Origin: Mustelus asterias | Taxonomy: Eukaryota | DNA length: 64,000 nt | Reading direction: 5' to 3' | Assembly (NCBI RefSeq): GCF_964213995.1 | Contig: NC_135813.1 | Span: 79,174,001 to 79,238,000, forward strand | Shown here: one piece after another, positions 22,705 through 35,998 of the stretch | Layout: every line of letters begins with the position of its first letter | How positions within the stretch are numbered: position 1 is the first letter of the stretch | The notes under the pieces: model-generated | The model's input: the letters and a program-made list of their open reading frames with translations, nothing else | Databases searched by the model: none | What the model was told of the DNA's origin: nothing | Position numbers and translations under genes: made by a program

Positions 22705-25262
22705 TAGTGTGAGGATACGATGTTTCACTATATTGACAAACTAGGAAGCTTTTATCAAAACAAACTTTATTTAACAACACAGTTTAACTATAACAAATAA
22801 ATTAGCGTAATCTTTAACAATTGAGCAATACTTAAACATGACTAGATACATGTCTTAACCGAGTTGCAATGCAAGCAATATTCCTCTTCGACTTAAGCTC
22901 CCTCTTTAAAATTAGTTAGCAAAACACAGACATACTTGCTGGACTTAGGTTACTGGGGTTTGGTGAGAGAGACGTGGTTTTCTTCAGGCATCCCAAACAA
23001 CAACTGTTTGTATTTTAAAATGAAACTGAAAATAGCATTTCTTCCTGCAAGAATTGGCTCCTCCCATTAAGCACATGACTCTGTCCCTGTCAATCAACAT
23101 AATCAAAACTCTACTCTGAAACCCCAGGGGGAACCTAAATAAACAAAAGTCCGTTAACGCTATGAAGTATTGCATTCCTAGCATCTGCTACACGTTTACC
23201 AGACAAACTGACTCTTGTAACAAAACACTGCCACTTAAAGCAACCCCACCTTAAACATAAAACATATCAAACTAGCACAGTGTCATGACTTTAAATCCAA
23301 ATTGTCATATTCAGCTGGTGGTTGGGGATTAAGCCAAGACTAACAGCGAAATGTGACAAAATAGGAAATACTATACAGTAAATTAGTTGTTCAAGTGTTT
23401 CCAGTATTATAGTTTGACAGTGATGTTTAAGAAAATGATTACTGCGGTAATGTTTTTATATTTTTAGGGGGAGATGTTACAAATGCGAGACTTTATAAAG
23501 TGGTCATGTTTTAAACTGTCTAAGGTAAACATAATGTCTTGAAAAGGGGGTTGTCAAATTGTCACAATCACTTAAAAGGCATTTCTTCAAAGTGGTCCAT
23601 GAGCTAAGAATTTGTGCGTGTATGTAGCCCCCTATTAAATTTGTACGTGATTCAATTTAACAATAACCAGCAGCAAAGCTTTAGTCGTTACATACACGTT
23701 TGTTCCTTACAAAACTACCTCTGTAAATTACTTAAGTAAAAGTAATCGAGTTGCTAACAATACATATTCAGTTCAGTCCTTGAAGATTCCTTTGCAGGCT
23801 TGGTTGCATGGCTTCTGTAGTCAGCTGGTCAGGTTTGACTTTTCATGTGGACTCAGCAGGTCAGGCAGCTTTTGGGAGGGAGAGAAGGTTTGTTGTTCTT
23901 CACTAGTTCTGCAGTTACAACACTTGAAGATTGCCTGGATATTTTTCAGCAGAACAGTTCATTTTCTGGCTTCCTTCCTCTTTGTTCTCCATTGGCTGAG
24001 AGCCTTCTCTAAGGATGTCTGAGTGCTTCTTGAGGGTTTTGCGTACGTGGCTTACACAGCCTGTCTTTATCAAAACCAAAGCAGAAAGGCCGCAATTTCA
24101 GATGTGCGATTGTTCAGCCAGGCAAAGAAGTTAATTATGTTGAGGTCCTTTGCAGTCTTGTCCCTCAGAAGCTGAGGAGTCTTCACAACTTGACTCAGTG
24201 GACAGCCCTGGAGGAGTCTTGCATTTTATGTTTCCATCTGGAGATGAGTCTCACGAGGTCTGAAGAAACACAAAGGAGCCAGGATGTCTGTCCATACCTC
24301 CATTTTGAAAGGGGCTTTTAAACGCAAAGGTTCAAAATCAAAAATGCCCCTTTCAAACAGTTGCCCTTAAAAGCTACAATATTACTGTTGTGTTAATATA
24401 TAATACCTTGGGCTTGCTGTACAAAATACAAGGAACCAATCATTTACGAGGGATTGGGTAACGTGTTGTGGGTTCATTTATTAAGATAGGCACGTGAGAA
24501 CGACATACATAGGTATAAACCTTTATCAGAGCTGTGTTCTCTGCTCAAAGCAAAAGTAAAACCAAGACTGGATCACATGACCCATTTCCCTTCTAGTGAT
24601 GTCATGCTGATATTCCTTAAAGGCACATTACAACAATTATAACTGCATGTGCTTGACAATAGTAAACTCTTTCCAGAGGCCTGTGTGATCTGGCTGTCAC
24701 GAGGGGAAAAGCCCAAGCTGAAACTCTTTTGTGCCTGGCCACACTCTTGAGACTGAGGGAGACCCAGAGAGGATGACTGAAAAAGAGCAGCTAAATGCCA
24801 AGCAGAGGAAAAGACTGTTTTAGTGTTAGTCACCACGTGAACTGCTGGTGAGAACAGATTCTCTGAAGAAACAGAACTTGTAGATAAGTTGCCTTGCTGA
24901 AAGTTGATTCTAAGGTATGCAGACGATTGTGTGAAAGGACTTAACAGGATACTGGAAGACTCGCCCTGTAATGCTAGGGAGAAGGGTCCTGTTGAAAAGC
25001 CAGTAGTGGCATGCAATTTAACTTCAAAGCTGTGTATCTGTTGAGAGCATGGCATAACGTATAAGTGGGTCGCAGAATTGGTTAATGGGGAAGTACCTTT
25101 TTGTATAATTTAGTTGTATTCATTGCCTATTAAGTAATGTTTACTATATGTTGATTATAGTTTGTTAGTTGCAGTAGAAGTCTGGAAATGTGGAATATTG
25201 TGATTCTTTCCATCTGTCACTGGGAAATTCATATTCTTTCTTAAATTATTGGCCTTGTAATA
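22705..25262. mobile_element. Cluster of probable solo LTRs
   Basis: Several TG-initiated blocks with LTR-like composition; boundaries uncertain. Confidence 0.35.
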
Positions 25263-26863
25263 ATTCCTTACCCTTTGTAAAAGAGGCTGGCTGCTTTAAT
25301 ATTGTAGATACGTTGTGTCCTTGATTCCCTAATGATTCCATTTATATTTCCCCCATTATTTCTTATCACACTTCAATTTGAGATATTTGGTGTATGTTCT
25401 TATGGCAATGTAGCTGTCCCTGCTCAGTGTTTTGTTCTCATCTCTGTTCTTTTAATTTAAATCATGTTACCTGTTGCTTCCCTTTTTAATTACCCTGGTT
25501 CGCCTACTAATCCAGCTTTCCTACAACTATCTACATCTGAAAGGCATGATTTTTTGGTTAATTCGAAGGTATAACAAAACATATGTCAGTACAAATTGTT
25601 ACAATCTTAATTTTTAAAAAGGGATAAATTTCCCAGTGACTGATTGGAAAAAACAAAAAGAGCAAGCTTTCTCGTTTGGAGACTTCATGCAACAAACAAG
25701 CTAAAATCAACATTAGTTAAGCAATACTTAATAGTAGCTAATACATCAAACTAACATGTTTAAGTTTTTCATTACTAACGCAACCAAAATAGGCCTTACA
25801 AAACTCTTTTGCTATTTGCCGCAGAGACAAAGGTCTCTGAGCTGGGGTGTTTATCATGACTTCACCATCCCCCTTTTCAGAGCAGTCTGTTTCACCTTGC
25901 GTTAGGGACATTTTATAATGGGGTTATCTTGTGAGGTTCCGAGCTCATAACAATCGGTGGAGTTCTCCAGCTGAGTGGGCAAGCCAGACAAAACGCCATA
26001 GACCTCGGTGGAACTGGAAGATTCTGCTGGTGGTCAATGGCAAGCACTTAGAGCCTCGAAAGCTTGTGTGGCTTTTGCTACCAAATAAACCTGTTGGACT
26101 TTAACCTGGTGTTGTTAAACTTCTTAAAGCACTTCTTCTGCAGGAGAATCCTGGCCAATGTGTATTTAAACTGTGTACGCAGACATTCTTGAGCTTGCAG
26201 GGTAACAAAGGGCACACTCTCCCTCACTGCACTGTGTGGATGTACCTACACCACATGGACTGCAGAGGTAAAAGAAGGCAGCTCACCACCAACCACCTCA
26301 AGGCAATTAAGGGCAGACAACAAATGCTGGTATAGCTGATGCTGATCACATCCTGTGAAAGAATACACACAAAAAAATTCCATCAGATACATTTTCTAAT
26401 TCAGCAATTATTCTAATAACTAGTGAATAAACTGGAGGACTTCTAGATGATACCAATATACAGAAGGAGATTGTTCAGCCCATCACACCTGGTGTGCCAG
26501 CCCTCTTTGGGAGACAGGACTTGCTCAAACCCATTTTCTTGATCTGTCACCATATCCTTTAAAGTTTATCTGTTTTTCTTTTTTTTAAATTGAAGTCTGC
26601 TTTCGCTATTGTTTGTGAGGACATTGTATTCATGTCATACATGACACCTGGAGCTGAGTGCTCCATATCGAATAACGCCCCAATACTCCCTATCTAAGCT
26701 CATATATTAGAAATGGCTATTTTGGGTGAGATATTGAAGCACTTGAGCACATGTGAAACCATGCCTCAGTGAGATGTTGTGAATGAGGAAATTAATGCAG
26801 CTTCTTAGCCATTAATGTTTAATGTATAAATCGCTTTTTTTTAAACTGACTTCTTCTACATAG

Positions 26864-26984
26864 CCTAAATACAGTACAAACAAAAGGAGTTCAGATGCTG
26901 ACTCAAGCCTACGCAGTGTAAAGAAGCTCAAGTCTGAAGAAATAGATCTGAACATGAATTCTTTTGACATGGACATGGATTCAG
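26864..26984 (+). CDS. ZCCHC8: ZCCHC8 exon 13 (PKYSTNKRSS...DMDMDS)
   Basis: AG/GT boundaries, phases 0 and 1 fit; NKRSS and DMxxDS motifs. Confidence 0.9.
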
Positions 26985-27049
26985 GTACAACACTTAAATA
27001 TGGTTATTTCTGTTATTTCCTGTTTCTTACTGAAGTATTTGATCCCAAG

Positions 27050-27680
27050 GTGAGCTTTCAAACACAACTGTTCCATCACCAAGCCTACCTACTTTCACCT
27101 GTGAAACCTCACCCAACTCCACTGCTGCCTCTGCTCACCAGCTGCCAAAACACTCATCCATGTCCTTATATCCTCTGGACTTGATTATTTTAATGCTCTC
27201 CTAGCTGGTATTCTGTCTTCTGTCTTGCATAAAGTTGTGCTCATCCAAAATTCTGTTGCCTATAGCATAGCTTACTAAACCAAGTCCAGTTCATGCATCA
27301 CCCCACGCATGCTGATTTATATTTGCTCTTGGTCCAATAGTGCTTTGATTTTAAAGTTCTCAAACTTTTCAGATCCTTCTATGACCATTCCCCTTCCTAT
27401 CTCTAACTTTCTCCTCTTATGATCTTTGTGCTCCTTCAATTCTGACCTCCTTCTGCATCCCTGATTTTAATCACTCAACCACTTTTTCAGCTGCATTGAC
27501 CCCAGGATCTGAAATTTCTTCCCTCAACTTCTGTTTCTCCTCCTCGAAGACACTGATTAAAACTTACCCCTTTGACTAAGCTTTTGGTCATCTATTCTGA
27601 TATCTCTTTCTATGGCTTGGTGTTAAGATTTTATTGATAACATTCTTGTTAGGCACCTTGGAACGTTATACTACATTAAC
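27050..27680 (+). mobile_element. L2-clade LINE 3' fragment
   Basis: Decayed IHxxxxSxLDYxNALLAG peptide and L2-type tail. Confidence 0.6.
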
Positions 27681-27999
27681 TAGTTAGTGAAATTACATGG
27701 CACAATTGAAGAACCAATACTCCGTGGGGTTAATTCTGATTCACAGCTCTATAGCCAGAGCTTCCAATTGGGTTTTATCTGCAGTTGCTAAACCCTGATA
27801 ATCAATTTGACCGAGTAAAAAGGGAACAAGTCTCTTTAAGGTTCAGTGGATGCTGAGAAATAGCTCAGAAATATGTTCCTTGTTGAAATATATCAAAGAT
27901 GATATCTGAGCCATAAAACCTTTTTTGTAATTAATGCTATTTGCTTACCTGTTTCATTTTAAATATATTGTTGATTTATAGTAGGAATTATACATTAAG

Positions 28000-28600
28000 T
28001 ACCCCCGCAACATTCTGGTCCACTTCTCAATCATCTCTTAACACTCCCTTCCCTTCCTGCTGAACTTTCCATCCAAACCAGTAGATGCAACACCTGTCTT
28101 TTTAGCTTTTCACTTCCCACAGTCCCAAGGTCCCAAATCATTTTTGCCACCTCCAGCATGTTACTACCAAAGACATCATCTCTCCTTTTTACAGTATTCT
28201 GAAGGGAATGTTCTTTTGGCATCCAGGTCCACTTTCAATCACCCACATACTGTATTCATTGCTCACAATATAGTCTCCTCAACACTGGGGAAACCCAGTG
28301 CTTTGTGGAACATCTTTGTTCAGTCTGCAAGCATGACCCTAACCTTCCTTTCACTTCTCGTTTTAAATTTCCAACTGCTCTGACCTTGGCCTCCTACACT
28401 CTTCAAATGAAGTCCGATATAAGCTCAAGAGACTGCACCTTTTTCAATTCAGCACTTGACAGCATCCCACATCAAATCATACTCTCTGCCCCATTTTTTT
28501 TTTGCACAGGGTCCTGTTTCTATTTTTGCATTTCTGGAGCCTTTTTTTTTTTGTCCCATTGTACATCTCCTTTTGCCTTGTACCATCTACTCCTTTTTTA
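28000..28600 (+). mobile_element. Penelope-like element, GIY-YIG endonuclease remnant
   Basis: Decayed YCIHCSQxxLLxxGET...EHLCSVCK, similar to the Penelope YCIxCxxCGLLYIGET...EHLRSV motif. Confidence 0.6.
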
Positions 28601-28842
28601 TGATTTAGTCTCTCCCTACAGCCATCCCAGCACATTTAAAATATGCTGTTGTAAATATACTGGTCTGAGGCACCAAGCTAACTTACCCAGCCTTTATGTA
28701 TCACAGTATCAGTGACTGTTATCATTGATAATTGGCAAGATTCCTGAATAAACCAAATTTTACTTGTGAAGCAAGGCTACCTTGAAAAAATTACTTCTGA
28801 GGGCTCAGTTTTACTGTTGCATGTTACCCCTTTATCCTGTAG

Positions 28843-29717
28843 GTTCAGAGACCCCACCAAGGCTATTTCAACCTTTTCCACCCTTACCATCTGGTTGCCC
28901 ATTAACTTCATCGCCACCTCCTCTACCCAAAGGAACACCACCTTCTACACCACCTACATTTGTCCCACCTGCACCACCTACTCCAACTCCACCTCCACTT
29001 CCAAAAGACACGCCTCCCTCTACTCCTTCAAATTGCTCTCCAGCAGGACGTTCATTGCAGGAAGGAAGTGCCCAAGCTGCAACTGCTGGGAATGCAGATA
29101 AAACTTTGGATGCAGATGTCTTGTCACTAGAAGAACTGGAAGAACAACAGCGGTTAATATGGGCTGAGTTGGAACGGACTGAAAGCACTAATAGTGAGAC
29201 AGAAGGTCCTTGTGATTCTCCTTTAACCAAGAATTCTGCAAATTCCTCACCAGCAATAAATACACCCGACAACTACATGGAAATTGAATCCAATGATAAA
29301 GTGGGAACAGTTGACAATAACATGAGGAGTCCAAGTGCTGAAGCATCGTCGGTTGATTCCAGAGATGAACCAATCAATTCGGTGGGACATGCTTCGTATA
29401 AGGAAGAAAGTACTCCACCTGAAAATTCCAAAATGGAAATAGAGGGCAGCAGAATCGCTCAAGATTCTACCCCAACACCGGAAGCACCTATTGGAGGAAA
29501 TCGAGTATGTTTAGAGGAAACGGAAGCATCTGTCACCAGTGCTGCTGTTTCAGAAGCAAATCAGGAGAACAGGATCTGTTCTGTGCCTGATGTGAGTAAA
29601 TTTGCTACTGGCATTACACCTTTTGAATACGACAATCTTTCCGAGGCAACTGGAACTTACCTTAAACTCAGGAGCTTATTGAAGAATTCTCCAAGAAACA
29701 GAATGAAAAATAAATAA
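28843..29717 (+). CDS. ZCCHC8: ZCCHC8 exon 14 (proline-rich region and MTR4-binding C-terminus, stop)
   Basis: FQPFPPLP, duplicated PPPLPKxTPPSTP, LSLEELEEQQRLIWAEL and VPDVSKFATGITPFEY...LLKNSPRN. The real exon starts at the CTGTAG acceptor, not at the ORF-track start 28782. Confidence 0.96.
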
Positions 29718-30342
29718 TATAATTATCAACACAGAACTGAACCTTTCAGATCCAAGGCTTCCAAGTCATGATATGACCATATACTATATTGGAGATTTTC
29801 ATTAAGACCTCGTTTCAACAGTTTGTGGCAGAGCTGGTATTTTAGTAAACAGATCGAAAAATGTGGATGTCAGTGCTATTTTAATATGTAGGGTTGGTAA
29901 TGAGTGAAAACATGTCCGGTGTTACAGAAAGAAGCTTTTCTTGTTTAATATTCATTTTCAAAGAGGCACTGTTGAACTCTGAAGTCTCAATTTTTCTGAC
30001 GTGGATTAATGTGTACAGTGGGTTTTTAGTCATTCTTGTACATCAAATCTTTTGTTTATATAACTGAATACATGTTTGTTTTTGATATTACCAATGTAAT
30101 TTTATATAATATACTGCCAGGGATTTTAATGTACAGTATTTTAAATTCTAATGATGGATCATTGAAAATGTCAGGGATTACCAGGGCTGTTTTCAGGTAT
30201 TTTATGAATATCCACATATGCTTTAGTTTTTTAAAGCTGCTTCTACCTTTGTAATGCCATTCTTTGCAAGAAGTATACAGCCTTGGATTATGGGAATATG
30301 ATGACAATTCTTCTAAGACCTGTTTTAGTATTTTGTGACTGC

Positions 30343-30348
30343 ATTAAA
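30343..30348 (+). terminator. Candidate polyadenylation signal ATTAAA of ZCCHC8
   Basis: End of an AU-rich 3'UTR with TGTA elements, followed by a GT/T-rich tract. Confidence 0.45.
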
Positions 30349-30640
30349 TGGTATTGAAATTTGCAGCCAATACCTTTGTGATCTTGGGTCGGTTTTATTT
30401 ATCACTGGCAAAGGGTTGGCTTCTGTACATCTCACTGCTAAGCGACTGAGTCAGAAAGTACAATGTCTACTGGATACAACCTTTGGGCTTCTGTGATATA
30501 TCTCTGGGTTTCTTAAAAGTCAAGTGACATCATTCTCACCTGTACACTGAATCATTTTTCTCATACCAGTGTTTTAGCTGTTCAGTTCACAACTTCGGGC
30601 AGAGAGTTCAAAATAGTGCTTGTGAAGTGTCAAACTATGC

Positions 30641-30850
30641 AGAAAAGCAAAATACTGCTTCGCGCAAGAAATCTGAAATAAAAACCAAAAATGCTGGAAA
30701 TACTCATCAGACCAAGCAGTATCAGTCAGGCAATGCTATCAACTGGTGAAAGGTCACAGACCTGAAATGTTAACTCAGTTTTTCTCTCTCCACTGTTACT
30801 GGAAATACCCAGCTAAGGCAACATTTTCCTGTTGAGTACTCTACATCGTT
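30641..30850. mobile_element. Penelope-like palindromic element with decayed hammerhead
   Basis: AAAAGCAAAATACTGC head; central CTGGTGA-A-AGGTCacaGACCT-GAAATGTT. Confidence 0.6.
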
Positions 30851-32494
30851 CCAATATATTAATGTTGGGTGTGAAGTAGATGGGGCTAAGTTGCAACATT
30901 CCTCACAATCCCGAAATCCTGCTTTGGAGAGGTATTGGGAAACTTGCCGATCAACAATTACCATTTTCATGTGGTTTTAAGAGGCTGCTGGTAGTGCAGA
31001 ACTGTACCCCAGATTCATTCAATGCCTTTGAGCTGTTGAGGAAATTTTTTTTTTTACTTTAATATTTGCCAACATAGTGGTTATATCACTGGCAATCAAG
31101 AGAACCTGAGTGCACACACCACTATGGTGGTTTGAGAATTTGAGTTCTGTTTCAAACAAACCTGGAAGTAAAAAGTTGATGTCACTATAGAAACCTAATA
31201 GAATCATTTCTTCAGTCCTACACAACAACAACATTGCCTTTTCGCATAACCTAGCAAGCCACCTTCAGTTAAAGACAACTAGGGATAAACAAATACCAGT
31301 TTTGCAAGCAGCCCTAACATCCTGAGTTTAAAAACTATAAAGCTCAACTTGTATCATGGGACTTTTCACAGGATCTGATTAAAGTTTGGCAGGTGTTTGT
31401 AATACTCAGAAGTGGAATGTTATGACCCACCTACCACTTTTAATATGTAGATATTTTGACTAGAGGCCAGCAATTTTGGAAGTGGGAATGGTATACGCAG
31501 TCTTTGATCATTTGATATACAAAGAATCATTTAAAAGTTTGCAGTCTGAAAGCATATCTACTTTATCGCAAAGAATAACTTTATCTGAGGGCACCCTTTT
31601 ATTGAATTACACATATATTCTATTAAACCTTTTGCTGACCCTGCTTATAAAGGTTAAGTATAACCAAATATTTAATTAAATTAGAAGTTCTGAAGTGACG
31701 GCCTGTTGCTGTCTTAAAGATTGAAAGTCCAAAGATGTGCAGGTTAGGTGAATTGGCTATGTTAAATTGTCCCTTAGTGTCCCAAGGTGTGTAAGTTAGG
31801 GGGATTAGAGAGGTAAATATGTGGATGGGAGTGAGCCTGGGTAAGATGCTCTGTCAGAGAGTCTGTGTAGACTCAATGGGCTAAATGGCTGCCTCCTGCA
31901 CTGTAGGGATTTTATGAAATTGTTCTTGAAATTGAGTTGCATTGCCTTTAATTTCGATCCAGTGTATTTTTACTTTATCTTTCACAGTGGATGACAAAAA
32001 ATTCACACCAGTTTAAAAAATGCAACATGAATGTGATACTGATACAAAGTCACAAATTATTAAAAACAGTTGTTAAAACTAGACGCTGAAAATTCTTGCA
32101 TTATCAGGTCTCATTTCAGCCCAGAAAACATTGGTCCACAACACTGCAAATTATATTTTTCAGTGGAAGTGTTTGTAACTAATGCAATAGGGTACTTTCT
32201 GATGCAGAGAGTAACAACTAAGGTCTGATATGTTCTTGTTTAAATTAAATATTTTAGAATTCATGATGAAAGGCCCTTCATTTGGGCCAGTATTCAGCAT
32301 GTAGAGCAAAATGCAGAACATTTTACACCTGATAACTAGGTTCCTACACATGGAGAGAGAGAGAGAGCATTGCTTCTACTCATCTAGGTTTGGTTTCACA
32401 CTGAGTATATGCTTCTGACTATTGGTATATAACTTGACATCAAAACTATATCCACATCCTTAACCACAAGGGGGAGAAAATCAGAAATTGGCAG

Positions 32495-34530
32495 TCCATT
32501 TCAATGTCTATGGAGCAAAATTCTGTTCAAGGTCCTCGCCAATCAGCTAAAGTCTGTGCTGAAGTTAGTGATCCATCCTGATTAGATCTACACTGTAGCT
32601 AGCATGAAGATCCCTGAAAGCCTTGTGCTATTTTGGATATGATCTGCATATAGGTACCTGCCTCCTCATCTTGAGCTAGAAGGCTTGACAAAATATTACA
32701 CACTACATGATAGGTATATTCTGCTAATGGGGCATGGGGAGGGGATCTGCGTGGATCCCAACTGCTGTACACAAACATCAACAATGTAGTTTCAATCAAT
32801 GGGTAAAAATTGGAAAGTTTGCCAATCACATTTAAAATCAGACAGCTGAGTTATCCCTCTGTCTTTTCTGTGTGCTGTATCAGACGTTTTGCCAAGTCCA
32901 TCAGGAAGAATGTAGATTTATGAGGGGTGATGATCCCAGGACTGAGGTCAAAGCCCCACCCCCCCACCCCCATCTCCGTACATGGAAAATGTTACTGTGC
33001 TCTTCAGATCCATTGTCAGTTTGTAGACAGATGAGCTTCTACAATAAGTTCAAACTGGTTGAGGGAGCCAAAATCAATTATGGCAAAAGCAAGGCCATGT
33101 TCTTTGAGAGCAGGGTGACCAAGATTCCCTTCATTGTCAGGTCAGACTACTCTAAGGTGTTGGGGATATGTTTTGGATGGGGTGAGGCATGCACCAAGCA
33201 TGTTGCCAAAATAATGTACAGAAGCAATTTTCTAGTATGCAAGAACTTTATTATCAGGTGTCAAATGTTCTTAGTTTTGCTCTATATATTGTCTGACCCA
33301 GAAATTGCACCTGCACTGTGGTGGTCACCTGAGCATCTTCTGCTCTATCTGAAGATCAAAAATGGATCATATCCATGGAGATGCAATGTAAAAATCACTA
33401 GATAATAGAGGACAAAGGACCAAATGCCACCCTCATTCTGATGGCCACCTTTGTGTGCAACATCAAGCTGGGCATAGAACCTAGGTTTTATCTGTCCATG
33501 GTGTTGCAAAGGATGAGTCTGGTGACATCACAGAAGGCTGCATTCGGTTGCACCATGCCAGAAAAACACCTTTGACCATAAGTCCATCAGGAAAAGGAAA
33601 TGGTGGATCTGGTCAGATGATTCCCTGAGCTGAATGTCAAACCCATCTGGCAAGATGCCTCATTGGCAGAACTCTCAAATAAGCGTCAATTTGTAGCTCG
33701 GCTGGTGGTGAGAAGGGCTATCCTTGTCAGATCCTTCCTGTACACATAATCTCAGTGTCAATGCATGCTTCCCTTAAGCTAGCTGTGGTGGGGAAGAGGT
33801 CGCCACCTATTTTGCAGAGCAGGTCTGGAAGAAATGTACTGTTTTTCTATCAGGGTTCAGCCTAAGCAACTCCTTATCCCAAGACTCAGTGGTCTATGGG
33901 TGTTCCTAGGGACACACAGATCGGAATCAACTGCTGCTCAAGAACCATCAACTCAGTGAAAGATGCTCCTTGGTTGGCCCAAAATTTGATCTTCGAGTGC
34001 AAAGAGCTGTCTTTAAAGAGGTGTTGCAGATTGTAACATTCCAATATGTAGAATTAGGCTGAGGGATGGATAAAGCTTGGGGTAGACACTATAAAGGCTC
34101 AATGGGGAAAGCTCAATAATAAGGCTCGCTCCATAGTATACCGAGGGGTTGGGAACCAGGTAAAATTTCTCGGGCTGTATGTTTGACATGAAATGTAAAT
34201 GTACATAAAGCCTGCTTTTTCATTCGTGGGATATGGGCGTCACTGACTGGCCAGCATTTATTGCCTAATCCTAGTTGCCCGAGGGCAGTTGAGAGTCAAC
34301 CACATTGTTGTGGCTCTGGAGTCACATGTCGGCCAGACCAGGTAAGGACGGCAGATTTCCATCCCTAAAGGACATTAGTGAACCAGGTGTGTATTTCCGA
34401 CAATCAACAATGGTTTCATGATCATCAGCAGATTCTGATATGCTAAGTGTAGAGGGGTGCTTCATGTACTTTTAAAAAAATGTTAAATTTGAACTATTAT
34501 ATGACTTTTATGAATAAAATATATTTTGGG
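32495..34530 (+). mobile_element. Decayed Tx1/L1-group LINE, RT to 3' end, with a SINE inserted at ~34215-34435 (-)
   Basis: KILFKVLANQLKSVL..VIHPD, GAKINYGKSKAM and KVLGICF remnants; ends AATAAAATATATTTTG. Confidence 0.7.
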
Positions 34531-35384
34531 GGAAATCATTTTGTTTATGAATGAATATACCCTAAGGCATGTTGAAGAATACATTATGCTCAAATGTGCA
34601 AACCACTTTAAACTGCCTGTAGTGAACAATGAATTTATGACCTGGAGTTTTCACCATGGGCTCACTGTGGAAGATGGACCTGCAATTGTGCAAAAGGTTG
34701 CACCTAGTTTGCGAATATCAGTTTATGTCGAAACACACTGGTGCAGTGGTTGTGTCCCAACCACTTGGCTAGAAGCTCTGGGTTCAAGTCCCACTTAAGG
34801 TCTTGATGGCCACGGAAGATACATCCATAACATAGCAATGCAGGTTGAATATCAGGCTGTAAATCCAAAGCGTGTGCCCAATGGCAGGTGCTAAGAGCAA
34901 GAGAGTTTCCTGGTCAACCAATGGCAAACCAATGAAGTACTTTATCAAGTATAGTCACAGACCAATCCTATGGAAGTCAATGGTCATCAACATCCTCTTA
35001 GGGCATGGTACCTGAGAAAGGGGGATTCTCACACCCAGACTTAAAATGGGTGTAAATCAGTTTAAATAATCGGGACCACACCATATGATTCTTTTTTTAT
35101 TATGATAATTTAGTTTTCAACTTAGCTGAGTGTCACATTAACATCAGGCATAAAATGTTTTAAGAATCCGCATTTCGGGAATTAAATTTTGTGATTTATA
35201 GTTATGCCATAAAAATTAGAAAAATAAAAATACAGAGCAGTGGGTACACATTTTTAAAGCCCTAAAAATTGCAATTAAACACCAGATTTTTTTGCTGCGC
35301 CTGAATCCCTGCTGACAGTGGGAAGTTTCTGAACTAGTGTGCAGGGTGGACCCTCGATCTGAGTTGAGGGAACGGCTGGTCTTG

Positions 35385-35610
35385 TGTTTTCACAGTAAGA
35401 GATTTAACAACACCAGGTTAAAGTCCAACATGTTTATTTGGTAGCAAATACCATTAGCTTTCGGAGCGCTGCTCCTTCGTCAGATGGAGTGGAAACCTGC
35501 TCTTTACAGACAGGATCTGATCACGGAATGTAAAACAATGCTGGAGATTTAGGTACACTGTAGTTCCACATACTCGGGCAGAAGAAACTCAAGGCTATGT
35601 TCAAATCATA
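35385..35610 (-). mobile_element. Penelope-like terminal repeat (second family)
   Basis: ACAACACCAGGTTAAAGTCCAACA...TTTATTTGGTAGC; a truncated + copy lies at ~26055-26126. Confidence 0.7.
35451..35487 (-). ncRNA. Minimal type I hammerhead ribozyme motif, fully canonical
   Basis: CCAU-CUGACGA-A-GGAGC(agc)GCUCC-GAAAG-CUA-AUGG: perfect stem I, 5-bp stem II, palindromic stem III AGCU, triplet CUA. Confidence 0.7.
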
Positions 35611-35833
35611 TGGGTTTCCTCCGGGTGCTCCGGTTTCCTCCCACAGTCCAAAGATGTGCGGGTTAGGTTGATTGGTCACGCTAAAATTGCCCCTTAGTGT
35701 TCTGAGATGCATAGGTTAGAGGGATTAGTGGGTAAATGCGTAGAGATAAGGGGGTAGGGCCAGGGTGGGATTGTGGTCGGTGCAGACTCGATGGGCCAAA
35801 TGGCCTCTTTCTGCACTGTAGGGTTTCTATGAT
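35611..35833 (+). mobile_element. HE1-like SINE, 3' portion
   Basis: ...GATGGGCCAAATGGCCTCTTTCTGCACTGTAGGGTTTCTATG tail. Other partial copies at ~31726-31917, 40245-40340, 43670-43860 and 52361-52480 (-). Confidence 0.8.
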
Positions 35834-35862
35834 AAATCCCCACGGTAACGAGTCTCCTTTTA

Positions 35863-35998
35863 AGATAAAAGCAAATTACTGCGGATGCTAGAATCTGAAA
35901 CCAAAATAAAAAACGCTGGAAAATCTCAGCAGATCTGGCAGCATCTGTAAGGAGAGAAAAGAGCTGACGTTTCGAGTCCGCATGACCCTTTGTCAAAG
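35863..35998 (-). mobile_element. Penelope-like terminal-repeat fragment with mutated hammerhead core
   Basis: Same family as 843-1051; core reads TTGACAA instead of CTGACGA. Confidence 0.7.

Noticed and set aside
28868-29272. 134-aa antisense ORF over exon 14
   Set aside because: Shadow frame of the proline-rich ZCCHC8 coding sequence.
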